Assembly (NCBI GenBank): GCA_003971905.1
Contig: RSEE01000089.1
Location: forward strand, 186,001-250,000
DNA from: Moniliella sp. 'wahieum'
Taxonomy: Eukaryota
Reading direction: 5' to 3'
Length of the DNA: 64,000 nt
The translations under genes were made by a program, and so were the position numbers. This document shows positions 1-12,877 of the stretch, one piece after another. Each line of letters starts with the position of its first letter. Position 1 is the first letter of the stretch. Below the pieces are notes generated by a model. That model saw only the letters and a list, made by a program, of their open reading frames with translations, searched no databases and was not told the origin of the DNA.

Positions 1-987
1 TCGCTCGTCTTCTTAATCTGGAGCAGACGCGAGCGAACAGGAGTTTCGTTCATCTGCTTCGAGACGCCTTGACAAATCGTGGGGGTTGGAAAACGTACCA
101 ACCAAATCCCCCTTTGTATTTTTGGGCCATATATTCCTGTGCACCACATGCGTCTTTCCGGACAATGGGCACCTTCTAAGCGCATTCGTTAGCATTTCAT
201 CCGTCACCCCATTACCCGAATCCCAATGAGTAGTCGCCTGGGTGCTGAAAGGAAGGACGCGGCGGAGTCTTCGTGGTCAGTAATGATGGGCTGCGCACAC
301 TCCAAAAAAGAGGGTGGGGAGAATACTAAGAGTCTCATTCGAGCAGCGCTTGGTGGCCGTCTCATAAGGATGTCCTCACCGCCTACAAAGCACCGTACTC
401 CTCGTAGGTTGACCCTTTTAAAGTGCCCAGTAATCGATTTCCTCTCGCCATCCTGTGGGATCTGTCCACCCTGGGACGAAACCGAGGACTCACTGATCTC
501 CATCGCAGCAGATTGATTGGCGTACTCTCAGTCCCCGTGCGAAACAGCAGACGGGCTCTCGTTGGTGGTGTAGTACATTCCGTACGTCTGATGGAAACCA
601 TCGTACTAGCTGAACGTCCAACTTCCGCGCGATCTGTCCCACCGGTAAAAGGTGTGTACACGACGTTCTCACTTGCCTCGGATCCAGCAAAGAGGGTGGG
701 GGCAGCCGTAAATGTTGAGGCTGTGTGATTGACCTTACCCTACGAACCATGGAACATGGTAGCAGTGGTGGTGTTGGTGTTGGCGGAGGCCCTTGTTTCC
801 CAGCCCAGCATCAGCGCCATCATGCATCAGCATCATGCGGCGGAAAGACAGAAACACGCGAGAGGACTGGTGTAGCGCCCGCACCCGAATTCCGCCCCAG
901 GTTTCCGCCCCCTGGCAAAAACGGGGGGCAGACAAAATCTTCTCTGCGCCGCTTTGCCGACGGCTACCTCCAACGTACTGGTGCACC

Positions 988-2857
988 ATGGCGTCCTTCA
1001 ACATGCCCCCCCTGCCCCCGGCAGGCACTCTCTTCGGCCCGCCGACGGAAGATCCTGCGTCGGATGTGCCGCAAGAACTCAAGGGCATCCCCTTTCCTTT
1101 CGCCATGGCTGATCCCGTGGGCCGTATCGCCGACTGGAACAACATCCTTGGCCAGGGCCAAGACGAGCGGACCCGGCGCCAGAACCAGCGCCCTGCTGCG
1201 CCCACTGCCTTGAACGTTTCCACGGTCGGCAGCACTTTCGGTTACACGCATGCCCAGGACGAGGCTACGTTCAGTGTGGTGAACAACGCCCAGCGCCCAG
1301 GCGAACGCTCCAAGGGATTCAGCACCCGCGGTGGGGCTCGGTCCAGCGCTCGTGGCGGCCGCGGTGGTACCAAGCTGGGTGGCGCTGCGCCCGTGTACAA
1401 CACCCGTGCTGGAACTGCTACCCGCGGCAACGCTCGCGGTGGTCGTGGTGGCCGGATGGGTGCGGTGGTGGTGGCCGCTGGCGCGATTGGGACCGGCCGC
1501 AGCGGACGCGTGAGCCGTCGGTTACCGTTCGGTCTGCTTGGAAGTCCGTGGAGGAGATTGAGTTTAGCCGGTTGGGCAAGCTGCGTCTGGACGTGCGTCC
1601 CGGTGCGACGCTCAAGCAGTATGGTGTGCTGGCCGAGTACAACCGGACCTACGATCGCACGGCGACGGTTCGTACGCCGCAGCCGCTCAAGCCGGTGGAT
1701 CGGACCAAGTTCCAGTTGACCACGTCGGAGGACGAGGTGCTGCGGAAGATTGCTGCTGCTCCGCCGCGGTCTTCCCTCCGCCGAGCGAGGATGTGCCCAT
1801 CTCGGCCGGATCGGGTGTCATGGCCTCCGAAGAGGGCCCCAAGCCGCATCGCATCTCTCCTCACCGACTCGATTCTGGCGCTGCTCATGTGCCTGCCCCG
1901 CTCGGTGTATCCTTGGGATCTGACCCTGACCGTCGAGGATGGCAATGTCTACTTTGACAAGCGCGACGGTGGTGCGTTGGACTATGTGACGGTGAACGAG
2001 AACGCGGCGGACCCTCCTCTGGAGCCGGCGGAGCTGAAGGACGAGAAGAACGAGGCGAACGCCACGATTGCAGCGGCCACTGCGGCGGCGGCGGCCAAGA
2101 GCGACCCCATCAACACGCCTTCTTCCTTGGCGCTGGAGGCGACGTACGTGTTGCACAACTTTGCCTTCCTCGCGGTCAACGAGAAGAAGGAGATCAAGCT
2201 CCCCGATGGGGCGTACCCTGCGCCCCAGTCGGCCGACGATGTGGACCCGCCGGCGGCCGTGGGCTACCGGTACCGGCAATTCGACCTTTCTTCCGAGGCT
2301 GAGGACCCGATTCAATTGGTGGTGCGGACGGAAGTGGATGCCTACCTGCCCTCTTCGGCCGGAGCAAGAAGCGCCAGCTGGTGAGTATCAAGACACTCAA
2401 CGAGTTTGACTCTAAGGCGCAAGGTGCTGGTGGAGCGCCGGATTGGCGCACTCGTCTGGACAGCCAACGTGGTGCGGTCGTTGCGACCGAGATCAAGAAC
2501 AATGCGTTCAAGTTGGCCCGGTTTGCTGCCCAAGCGATCCTGGCTGACTCGGATGTGCTCAAGCTGGGGTACATCTCGCGTACCAATCCCAAGGAAGCTG
2601 GCCGGCATGCCATTTTGGCGACGCAGACGTTCAAGCCGCGTGACTTGGCGATGCAAATGAACCTTTCGCTTGCGAACGGATGGGGGATTGTGCGCACGAT
2701 TGCCGACTTGGTGCGCAAGGAAGATGGCAAGTACGTGCTTGTCAAGAACCCCAACAAGCCTGTGGTCAACCTCTACAAGGTCCCCGACTCTTATCCTGAG
2801 GAGGAGGAGAGCGAGGAGGAGAGGAGGGAGGAGGAAGAGGAGGAGGACGACTACTGA
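988..2857 (+). CDS. EIF3D: Eukaryotic translation initiation factor 3 subunit D (eIF3d); frameshifted in this assembly
   Basis: Successive ORFs give [10 protein letters not shown]...VGRIADW, an RGG-rich segment, [93 protein letters not shown]...[13 protein letters not shown] and an acidic tail. All are characteristic eIF3d motifs. Confidence 0.95.
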
Positions 2858-3129
2858 TTGGGAGGCGGATGAAGAAGTTTTGATGCAGCAATCTACTCTT
2901 GCCCATTTGGTGACTCTATGCACATGTCCGCGTTTCTGGCCCAAGGCCCGCTTAGCTAGCTCTATAGATTGTAGAATTCCTCGTACAAGCTTGCATTTTG
3001 CAAGTGTGCAAAATGGGGCACAAGTGGCCCCTGCCATAGTCATCCCCTGATACCCCCAAAGCGAGCGCCATTGCGGTGAACACATGAGCGGAGAAAGTTG
3101 ATTATTATGAAAAGAGAACCCGACGAGAC

Positions 3130-4691
3130 TTAGATAACCGCGGCAACCAACCCAACCGCAAGCCCCGAGGCCAGGAGCAAGACGCAGGTGTGCGGAGCGA
3201 GCAAGGCCGAAGCCGGGCTTGACGAGCTGGTCGGTCCGGTGACAGCAGAGGAAGTACGGGAGGATGGGGAAGATCCTGCAACCGCCGATGAGGAGGAGGA
3301 GCGACGACGGAACTGCTCGTCACAGTCGACGAGGCAGAAGAGCTGGTGCTGGATGGAGCAAGGGACAGGGACGGCCTGGTGTTGTTCAAACCAAGACTAA
3401 ACAGGCGCATTTGGGTTTCGGGGTTGGAGTACACTTTAGTCTTGGTGCGCCGTGTAGGCAAGGGAGGCAAAGCTGTGGTTGGCGCCCGCTGGGTTGCCTG
3501 GGATGCCATCGATGGATTTTTGGAAGTTGAGGCACCGGTTCAAGTGTGAATCGCCTTCGCATTGAGCAGCTGGATGCGTGTCTCCGGCACCATAGTCCGA
3601 CAGGCCACAGACAGTGGTGACCTGCCGAGCGAAAAAAGTGGTAAGCGTAGCGTTTTTCGCGTTGGTGAGATTGGCAGAGTAAGTAGCGTTTTGGTACGAG
3701 GGGATGTTACCGTCCAGTCCATAGGGCCATTCGGTATAGTTCCCACCCGGTTGGCAAGTCGACAGGTTGGTCACCGCAGGTTGATCCGTCACTTCCACAT
3801 AGGCACCCGGGTTGCCACAAGAAAAGTCATGTAAGGATCTTGAACCGCGTTGGGCTTGCGCAGGACGGCGTACCGCTGGGTGAAGGAGCCTCCCAGACTA
3901 TGACCGGCCACGATGACTGAGTTCAAGTTGGGGAAATTGGTCTGATTGAAGAAGAAATCGACCAAGAGATCAAGGGCATCAAACGCACTTGCATTTGTCG
4001 CGCCGGGACCAGCGGCCATGCTGCCATCGGACCACGATTCGAAATAGACATCGTTCGGGCCAGCGGCGCCAGCGCTAGACTCGAGCGGGCTCATCCATGC
4101 CACCCCTCCCACAATCACATCTCCCATGTGCACCCCCATCGTTTCGTTGGTAGCGGCACAGATGAGGGAGTTGCGGACCAGACTCATGTAGCTCCACACA
4201 TCCCGGGCCAAACCTGGGTTGACAGCGATAGCCCGTTTTACCTTGCTCCAGTCCTTGCGCTCAATATAGTACGGAACCACGGCGCCGGTTGCCCGGTCCA
4301 GAACCAAGTCGCGGTGAAAGTCAAAGCCCGTGACGTTGGGAAGTTGTGTCCAGCCAGTGTTGACACTGCCCACTGCTTCGGCTGCGCCAATAAAGATGGT
4401 ATTGCACCAAGGGACCTGAGACGCACTGTCATTGCCCAGCTGCGGCGAGGGGCCCACCTGCACCGTCTGTCCCAGCGAGTCAATGGCCCAGGCCCCAGGG
4501 GCGAGGTTGCCGTTCTGGTAGCCCGTGGCATAGTACGATGCAATGACAGTGGGGTCGCGTGTATTGTTGCCAGGCGTATTGCCGGGGCCACCATCTTGGC
4601 GGTGAACAATGGCAGGGCGAAAGTTAACGGTAGAGCAGTGGACAGCGGTGGCCACGAAAAGCATAGTAGCCGCCAGACGAGAGATGAGCAT
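3130..4691 (-). CDS. Secreted, probably GPI-anchored alpha/beta-hydrolase-fold protein
   Basis: Signal peptide MLISRLAATMLFVATAVHCS; nucleophile elbow VAGHSLGGSFTQRYA; WPYGL; candidate catalytic His in YTAHQD; many N-x-S/T sequons; Ser-rich stalk; hydrophobic C-terminus LLLASGLAVGLVAAVI* (stop 3130-3132). Confidence 0.75.
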
Positions 4692-5000
4692 GGGCTGAGG
4701 GGCAGGATGATGACGGGAAGGAAGTGGGCGGAGAGGCGAAAAGTGGCTCTGTCGTCTTAGCCGCAGAGCAGTGCTACACGGACGAGAGAATGGAAATGTG
4801 GGTTTGGATTTGCGAGCAACTCGGGCAGGAGAAGGTGGGGCGGGATGATGGATAGATATGCTGTGCCGGCGGGTCAATCGACCAGCGCATGCTTCCGGCT
4901 TGGAGGCGGGCAGTCGGGGTCGTTCACATAGCCACTGCCCCATGGTCCATTTTACGGGTTTGGGGCCAGGCCCTGCCACGCAATGGAGGCCTGGCCACAT

Positions 5001-5079
5001 TCAAGCTTCAAGCTTTAAGCTTTAAGCGAGGACAGGCGAGGACTCTCGGAGTTTTGGTCTCAGTAACTCAGTACTCAGG
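5001..5079. repeat. Heptamer palindrome array (AGCT and GTAC cores)
   Basis: TCA-AGCT-TCA-AGCT-TTA-AGCT-TTA at 5001-5024 and TCA-GTAC-TCA near 5068-5077, upstream of the hydrolase gene. Confidence 0.8.
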
Positions 5080-5502
5080 TGCCTGAAGATCGGTCACGCG
5101 TCTGCATGGTGTGGAGACTGGGGCCCCAAGCAACACAGATTCTCGATCATCGATCACCAGCACCATGGTGCATGGGTGCCAGAGAGCTGCGCCTCAGGAC
5201 CCAGGCTGAGTATATTGAGTACCAGTCCTGCATCCGACGCCAGGAGAAACGAAAGGAACCCCCAGCGCGCTCGACCCGCTTATAGCCCAAGTATCCAACG
5301 AACTCATCAATCTTCCTCCCAACTATATGTGAGAGACGGAACACATATCCCGTTGGCCTACTATGCTCAGCCCCTCAACTCATTCTCTACACGCCAGGAC
5401 GTATTTCACCTCTTCGCGTGCTAGGTATTTGCCCTGGGAAGGGGACCCGGCGCTAGCTGAAGACCCTGCTGGAAAGTAGTACATTACGGATCGGCGGTAT
5501 GA

Positions 5503-6885
5503 TCAAGGGAGCACACGAAGTGCATGAAGAAGGTAACCCCCCGTGGCTGAGGTACTCATCTCGGGGTGTGTTCGGCCTGGGAGGACCTGGTAGCGACGCA
5601 GCCACGGCTCATTGACTGTGACCGCAATGTAATCGTGACAGACACGCATGCGCGCATGGGTTTCGACCAACGGCTGCAGGAACGGAGCATGGACCACAAT
5701 GTTGGCCGAGCCGGCAAGGTAGGGCGTGAGCCGTTGGATGATCGGAAAGGGGTCGTACTCGGCCGAGGCAATGACCAGACCATCAAAGTTACCCGCAAAC
5801 AAGTCTTGCCTCGTCGTTTCCAGGTGGGCAAACATGGCACGCCGACGCTTGAACTTACGAATGTCCCGCGAGTTGACTCGGTCCCATGTGACGTAAGTGG
5901 GGCACGCGAATCGGTAGGGAGACCGCCCTCGGCTCAAGTGGAAGATCAGGCAAGGTCCAACTAGGATCAACTTGGGCCCAATTCAGAACCCTGAGGACTC
6001 CATCCGTCGCCTCGGTGGGTAGGTTCATGTCCTTCATGATTGGATGGGCTGGCGGCGAGTCGGCGTCATGGATCAGCAGCAAACACCCATCCACGCCCAT
6101 CCGCTCCAACATGCCGCCCGTCAGCAGTCCATTCGTCCCGTCCACAACAATATACCGCCCTCCCGATTGGATCTCGCCCAAAGTTAAGGTTTGGGCCAAA
6201 GAGTCGGCACGCAAGTTGCTCGCCGGTCGATCCGACGCAGGCGGACGCTTGTCAAATGTGGCCGATGCGAGCTGGTGGGCCGTAGGAGCACGCGGGACAA
6301 AAACTGTCGAGTGTTTCTCCGCCTTTTTGCGACGAAACTTTTCCTGGCTGTAGACGGTGCGTTTGGCGTACGAGGCACTGCGCTGAGCCACCAACTCGAC
6401 CAATTTGGCGCCAGCCATTCCGGCTGCCTTCAAGTCCGCAATTTCCAGACTCGTCAAAGCTTGTGAGTCATTGTCGTCGTAAATATGCTCGTTGGTAGCG
6501 TTCGTCTCGATCAACTGTTCAACGGGTGTGTCCATCAGAACGCTGAGCTTGCCAAAGCCGGCCTTTGCGCGCTGATGTTGCTTGGCCTTGTTGGTCTTTT
6601 TGCCCCGCGTCTCCTCCTCCGCAGTAGAGTCGGCACCCTCACCCTGCCCAGAAGCGGTAGGAACAATCTCGTACTTGAGGCCATACGGAAGACCAATGAG
6701 CTCATCGGCAGAAAAGCTGCCAAACTTGCCGAGTTCAATCGTCTTGCCTTGCTCGAGGACAACCGTTTTGGTGTTACCAGAAGGAAGTTCGAGAATGACA
6801 GGCTTTTGGGCAGGAATGAAGGTAAGCCTTTGGCGTATTTCCTCGCGCGACGTTTCTGGCCGACACGGGTATCGTCGTTGCTCAT
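5503..6885 (-). CDS. TRM6: tRNA (adenine-58-N1)-methyltransferase non-catalytic subunit Trm6/Gcd10
   Basis: ETNATNEHIYDDNDSQALTSLEIADLK, KRTVYSQEKFRRKKAEKH, LRADSLAQTL, YIVVDGTNGLLTGGMLERMG, and C-terminal EPWLRRYQVLPGRTHPEMSTSATGGYLL. Confidence 0.93.
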
Positions 6886-7118
6886 GGCGGTGGGGGGGTG
6901 GTGGTTAGGGTGGTGCGGAAGAACGGCAAGGGCGCGACAGGGGAGAGGACTCGCAGCAGCAGCTTTTCCAACGCCCAAGGCCACCAGAAAAATAAGAGCG
7001 GAATTGGGGTCGGGTGGGAGCCGTCGGAAAAAGGACGCTGGCTTAGGTCAGCACTGGATGAACATTCCCGTGCGACTTAGGCTGCTGCTTACCACCAGCT
7101 CCACTCGTCCTACTAGCC

Positions 7119-8059
7119 ATGGCGGCCGCGTCCTCGTTGCTTGGCGGGCTTGCCCGTGCAGTGTCTACGGCCACCAGTATCTTCTCCGTTTGGTGCGCGC
7201 GCCTTCAGTGCGTCGGCCCCAGTGGCCATCCTTCCCCGTGTCCTCAAGGCCAAGGCCATCAAGCGCACCAACTTGGAGCGCCGCAAGGCGACTGAGCAAT
7301 TGCTCAAGCAGAGTGTCAAGCGCGACACTTGCCGTGGCCACACCCTCACCCCGAAGGGTTTGCTCTTTGGGAAAACTCGGATCTCAAGTCCCTCATCTCA
7401 TCCCTGAAGAGATTTGGAAAGGAAATGTGCCTGCCTTGCCCAAGTTGTTGGAGGGCGACCCCGAGTCAGAGACCTGGACCAGCGTGATGGGCCGGCCGCA
7501 GATGCTCAACTATGGCCTGACCAAGTCCGATTCGGAGTTCATATTTAAGCAGGTCCCCCAGCTTATGGCCGAGGACCGTCTGCAGGACTTCCCCGAGGCG
7601 GTGAATGACTTGGCTGACCAAGAGAGTCAAGCTAAGAGCGCTATGTTTACCGAGCTGCTCCAGACCGAGCAAGCAGGGGCAGAGACACTCTCGCGGATCT
7701 TGGATTTGCGCAACGCTTCAGGCCAGCAGATTGAACGGGAAAACTTGCGGCGAATTGTCAAGGTGTTTGGCGACGGTTGGAACGTGGGCTCGCCGAGTGC
7801 CAAGCCGCCGTGCTGACTTATCACATGCGCCGCCTCATGGACCACCTGAAGCAAAAACGCAAGGACACCATTGCTCGTGTCCGTTTGGGTCACTTGATCC
7901 ACAAGCGTGCCAAAATCCTCAAGTATCTCCGCCGCAAGAACTTGGCCCGGGTACTATGCCCTTCCCCGGTTGGGACTGGAGCCCCTGGGTGTCGAGGGCT
8001 CTCTCCCCATGCCTCCCATGGAAAAGATTGCCCCCAAGTACAAGATGACCAGGCGCTAA
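7119..8059 (+). CDS. Mitochondrial small ribosomal subunit protein uS15m (yeast Mrps28-like)
   Basis: Arg/Ser/Ala-rich presequence; RILDLRNAS...ENLRRIVKVFG; S15 core NVGSP-ECQAAVLTYHMRRLMDHLKQKRKD...LIHKRAKILKYLRRKN. Confidence 0.88.
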
Positions 8060-8287
8060 AATCACATTCTACATCGCATCATCGATTAATGTCATCGACC
8101 TTAACGCCATGCATTAGCTTCATATTTTGTCGTTGAAGCCAGCTTTACGTTATAGGAACGGCAGATGCATATGGTGAGGCTACGGCAACAGTGCAAAAAC
8201 ACAGCCAAATGATGTCCAAACTTAATGCCAAGATGACTTGCGACACAGTTTATGGCGCTACAAAGTAGCTAATAAGCTTGGATTGAC

Positions 8288-9023
8288 TTAAAGGTCAGCC
8301 TTCGCTCCCTCTGTCTTGGGAGTGTCGTCCACAAGCTGGCCCGACTTGACAATGGTGACGTCCTCCTTGGGGCGGTCCATGGGGCCCGTGGGAACCTTCT
8401 CGATGTACGACACAACGTCCATGCCATCAATCACGCGGCCAAACACGACGTGGCGGCCGTTCAACCAAGGGGTAGGGACAGTGCAAAGGAAGAACTAGAA
8501 CAACAAATTAGCATCAGGTGTGGCCGAAGTGCAGTCACGGAAACGTACCTGGGAGCCATTCGTGTCACGACCAGCGTTGGCCATCGAAAGAACACCAGGC
8601 TTGTCGTGACGGAACTTGAAGTTCTCATCGGGGAAACGGGCACCGTAGATGGACTTGCCACCACGGCCATCGCCCGAGGTGAAGTCACCACCCTGGATCA
8701 TAAAGCTGGGGATGACGCGGTGGAACTTGGAGCCCTCGTAGCCAAACCCGTGCTTTCCGGTGCTGAGTTCGAGGAAGTTGGTCGCCGTCTGTGCACGCAG
8801 TGTTAGTAGCTTGGCCTTGGGCAACTGTCGATCCGAACAGATCACCATACCTTGGGCACATCCTTGCCGTAAAGGCCGACGACGATGCGGCCGATGCTCT
8901 TGCCGCCGTGCTCCATGTCAAAAAAGACCTTGTCGGTAACTTCGGGCTCCGGATCCGCGTGGACTCCGCCAAAGAGGCCAAGAGCGAGCGCCAAAAGAGG
9001 ATGACAAGCACGAACAGACGCAT
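8288..9023 (-). CDS. ER peptidyl-prolyl cis-trans isomerase (cyclophilin B); 2 introns (~8496-8549, ~8790-8850)
   Basis: Signal peptide; [10 protein letters not shown]...[62 protein letters not shown]-terminal KADL*. Confidence 0.95.
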
Positions 9024-9414
9024 GGCGAGGGGGGAGGGGAAGCGGGTGTGGTGGTGGGGGGGAGGGATGCGGGATGGTCTTCCACGTGCCACGTGGGCGT
9101 TGCTTCGCTGCAGCGGGCTCGCACGGCCCCTCGCTGCGAGATTCCGCCGTGCGGCCAAAGTTGAACATTCAAATGTCCTAATTCAATCACAGCGCCACAA
9201 TGTTTGCGCCGAGACTGGCGCTGTGGCCGGGTGGCGCGGCTGCCTGCGTGGCACAGCAGCCATACCCAGTTTAAGCTCAGTACTCGTGGGTGGGTTCTGC
9301 CGGGGTTGCGGTCCTCCGTGCAACCACACCCCGGCCAAGTCGGAGGCTCAACACCACCCCGACGCTCGCTCGCCTCCTGCGTTCCCTTGATTCCTCTCGC
9401 TCGTCTTCCCAACC

Positions 9415-10385
9415 ATGAGTTTTTTCAAGTCGATGGGCCGGTCTGTCCGCCCAAAGGGCGCTTCTCCCCAGCCCAACCGCGACGGCTTCCCTCCTGCCCC
9501 AGCCACTGACGGTGCCATGACGAGCGTGGCGGGCCAACCGGCCGGCAAGCCGCTGTACTTGTGCAACCCGTTTGTTCGATCCCTCATTAAAGGATCGTAC
9601 AAAACCATCGTTGTGCTTCCCAAGTATGTCGATCAGCGCGAATGGGTCGCGGTCAATCGTACGTTGTCTTGCTCCCTTTCCTAGCGACCCATCTAATCCC
9701 CCTCCGCCCCTCCATTGTCCCCCCTCTGCAGTGTTCGACTTTTTCAACAACCTCAATCAGTTCTATGGCGTCATTACCGAATTCTGCACTGTCCGTAACA
9801 ACCCCACCATGAGCGCTGGCGTCGGTCTGGACTACACTTGGGTCGACCAGAACCGCAAGCAGGTAAAACTCCCGGCGCCGCAGTACATTGACTACGTCAT
9901 GACCTGGGTGGGTGGTTTGCTTGGCGACGAGGCCACCTTCCCTACCAAGGCGGGGTAAGCCCCCCCCCCCCCTATCCCCGTTTGATTCTGCAGGGCAACG
10001 ACCCTTCCTCTACTTTTTGATTCACTTTCCAGCTCGGGACTTCCCCCCCACGTTTATGATCACGGCAAAGCATGTTTACAAGCAGCTTCTTCGCGTATTT
10101 GCTCACATTTACCACGCTCAATTCTCTTGGCTTTTGCATTTGTGCTGCGAGGGACACTTCAACAGTCTCTTCGCTCACTTCATCGCCTTTGGCAGCGAAT
10201 TTGACCTTTTTGACTTTGAAGAGTTCCGCACCTCGGGACGATCGACGGGGAACGCGTCGCAGGCCAACACCGTGTCCGGGAATGGATACCCAGGCGTATG
10301 CGATCTGATTGTCAAGTGGACCGAGATGGAGATCCTCCCCGAAAAAGTCTTGACCAAGTCGATCCCGCAGATTGCCGGGGCATGA
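9415..10385 (+). CDS. MOB2: Mob2-type NDR/Cbk1 kinase activator; 2 introns (~9659-9731, ~9955-10032)
   Basis: LYLCNPFVRSLIKGSYKTIVVLPKYVDQREWVAVN, LPAPQYIDYVMTW, DEATFPTK, KQLLRVFAHIYHAQF, HFNSLFAHF. Confidence 0.92.
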
Positions 10386-11037
10386 GCGTTGAGCGCTGAA
10401 TCTCAGCAGCATCCCTGTACTCAGCTCCCTTGCCCTCTTCAGGCCTCCGTCTGCTGCTGCTCTTGTATAAAATACCACCAACTTGACCATGCTTATCGTG
10501 ATCCATTTTCGCCCACTGGTTGTAGTGTTAGTAACCCATCGATGGATCGAAACCCCAGCCATCCGAGGGGGCAACGGTGCTGTAGGGTGCAGTTGGCTGG
10601 TTGTCTATGCTGAGCTAGCCTCTACCCTGTTCTCTACCCTTTGAGCAGCGTGAGGCACGGGATGCACTTCGCGGGAATCATGTAGATAAAGCATGTGGTG
10701 CAGGATGCTGATGGTCCAGTACCCAGGGGCTCGCAGTTTTCCCTGCCCCAGCCTTAACCTCTGTCAATGACATGGATGAAGAGTGGGGCAATGGGAAGAA
10801 GAAGAGAGAAGGGTTGACGTCATTGAAGTTTCACACTGCGGCTGGTGCGCTACTCTTACAGGATTTGGCTATGCGGGACGTTTGGCTCCGAGAGCTGATG
10901 ACGGCTCGCTCTCGCTCCGCTCCTCAGCTTCCTCAGCGCGTCAGCTCGATCCGCCACCACCGCTACAGACCAAGGTAACTTTGCCTGTTGGCTGCTCTTC
11001 TTGGTTGTCTACTATCACCTGCGTGATCTTTGAAGCC

Positions 11038-11796
11038 ATGCTCTCCCGCCTCGTCCTTCCTCGCGCCGCCTCGCGCCCTCAGTTCTCTGCGTTGGCATCT
11101 TTCTCTCTTGGTGCCGTGCGCATCTCGGCATCTTCTCGCCTATTACACACCTCGTCTTTGGCGCCTGCTGCGGTGCGTGCCACGCTCCCTGTCAAGGCAG
11201 AGGTTGGCTCGCCTTCGGCGGCCTCCGACCCGGTGCCCCCGCAAAATGAACATCCGCACCCCCGCATTTGGCTAACACCGATGTGAAACCACTATGACTC
11301 TCTTGCTCTCCCAAGCCCCCAAAATAGAGACTCGATCCCGGCTGAGGTTCAAAAGGGATGGGACACGAAGCGCATCGAAACCAAGAACTCATTGATTACA
11401 TTCTACAGTGGTCAGTCAGAGGCGTACAAGAGCGACCTCCAGTTCTAGAGACCCTGGCGCGGGATGATGCGCTGGACACGTCGCTGATTACCATTGATGT
11501 GGACAAGACCCCCAAGATGGGCGAGGCATTTTCGGTGGTTTCGCTCCCTACTGTATTTGGAATGTACAATGGCATGGTCGTTCGGAAAAGTACGTACGAT
11601 GCTGAGGCGATGTCTTTTCCCAGTACTAACTTTCTGATGGTACTTAGTCCCAGGCGTCCCTGCCAAGGCTGAGGCCCTTCTGCGCCAGTTCATTCACGAC
11701 CTGGGCCCACTGGCAGAGCTTGACCAAAAGAAGGCTGAAGCCGAAGATGCCAGCGGCGCTGATAATGCCGATAACCCCAAAACCAACAAGGAGTGA
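11038..11796 (+). CDS. Thioredoxin-fold protein with predicted mitochondrial presequence, lacking CxxC; intron ~11590-11648
   Basis: Presequence MLSRLVLPRAASRPQF; Trx-fold segments PVLETLA, LITIDVDKTPKMGEAFSVVSLPTVFGMYNG; intron gtacgt...tactaac...ttag. Confidence 0.7.
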
Positions 11797-12119
11797 AGAT
11801 TGATGTATATGTGTTGGTTTTTGACAACAACCCACGTATTATTTGCCTGCTGCCGCGGGTGCTATCGTCTTTTTCTCGTGTATGGGTGGGAGGACGAAAG
11901 CGCCATTTAGCGTTGCTCCATCTGAAGATTGGACGAACTTTAAAGAAGGGTTTGCTGTGGCGAGAGGCGAAAGCCGCCAATCAACATATACACTGCAGCG
12001 AGGTGGATCAATTCATCACATATTCACAACTAGCGGGTGCTCCGTCTGATGAAGCAGGAATATTTCATTTCTTCCTTCGCTACGCTCTTCTTCACCACCA
12101 CCATCTCTGCTGCTGCAAC

Positions 12120-12877
12120 ATGACGACACTAGCACCACTCGCGCGGGCCGAACTTCCCGGCAGTCCTGATGAAATTCGAGCGTACGAAGACCAAGGCCGG
12201 GTATCGAAGTGGGTGCATCATTCTCTCCAAACCGTGCGCGATGGGTTGCTGCAGGTTGGGCTGGATGGGTCCCAGCCATTGGCGGCGCGCATTTTGGGCT
12301 CGTGCTGTAAGTATGATCTGGGGATGAGAAGGGTTCTATTGTGCTGGATTTGTATTGACCAGTGCATGGGAAGTTTTGGTGGCCATTCCCGTCTCCATGA
12401 CCAATACTTACCGCCCCTACATGTCGTTTGAGGGGGAAATGGGAAACCACCACGACCGACAAACAAGGCCGGCCCTTATCCCCCACTCAACAAAAAGCGG
12501 CTCGGTTGCTGGTCTCCATGAAGCGGGCCCAACACGATGCCAAAATCAGACGACAGCGCTTACCTGCCTTTTGGCAGCTGTTGGGTATGGCCGGCATCTG
12601 CTTTTCGTCCGGCTATATCTTGATCCCAAGCAGGGCGGCGACGCCATCAATGGCGCAGGCATCCTCACATCTTGGTCGGCCATCTACCTCCTTTGCTTTG
12701 GTCGTCGAGTCACCCGCCCGCCACATTTGCCCTAACTCAGCAACGACCGTGTTTGGCTTGCTTACCTACGGCTCGTACTACTATGGCACTGCTAGCTGGC
12801 GCGATGCCCTGCCGGGCCTATCCGTCGCATCGAAGGCAAGCCATTGCCTCCGGGTGGCACAGGGGCGCTTCGACTAG
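12120..12877 (+). CDS. Aim19-like small mitochondrial membrane protein; intron ~12308-12362
   Basis: LPAFWQLLGMAGICFSSGYIL followed by GDAINGAGILTSWSAIYLL, resembling the Aim19 family motif GDxxNGxGxxTAWSxLYL; YGSYYYG near the C-terminus. Confidence 0.6.

Noticed and set aside
1..830. Possible minus-strand gene divergent from eIF3d
   Set aside because: Only short low-complexity ORFs with no recognisable motif. It may be a real gene running off the window, but I cannot support it.
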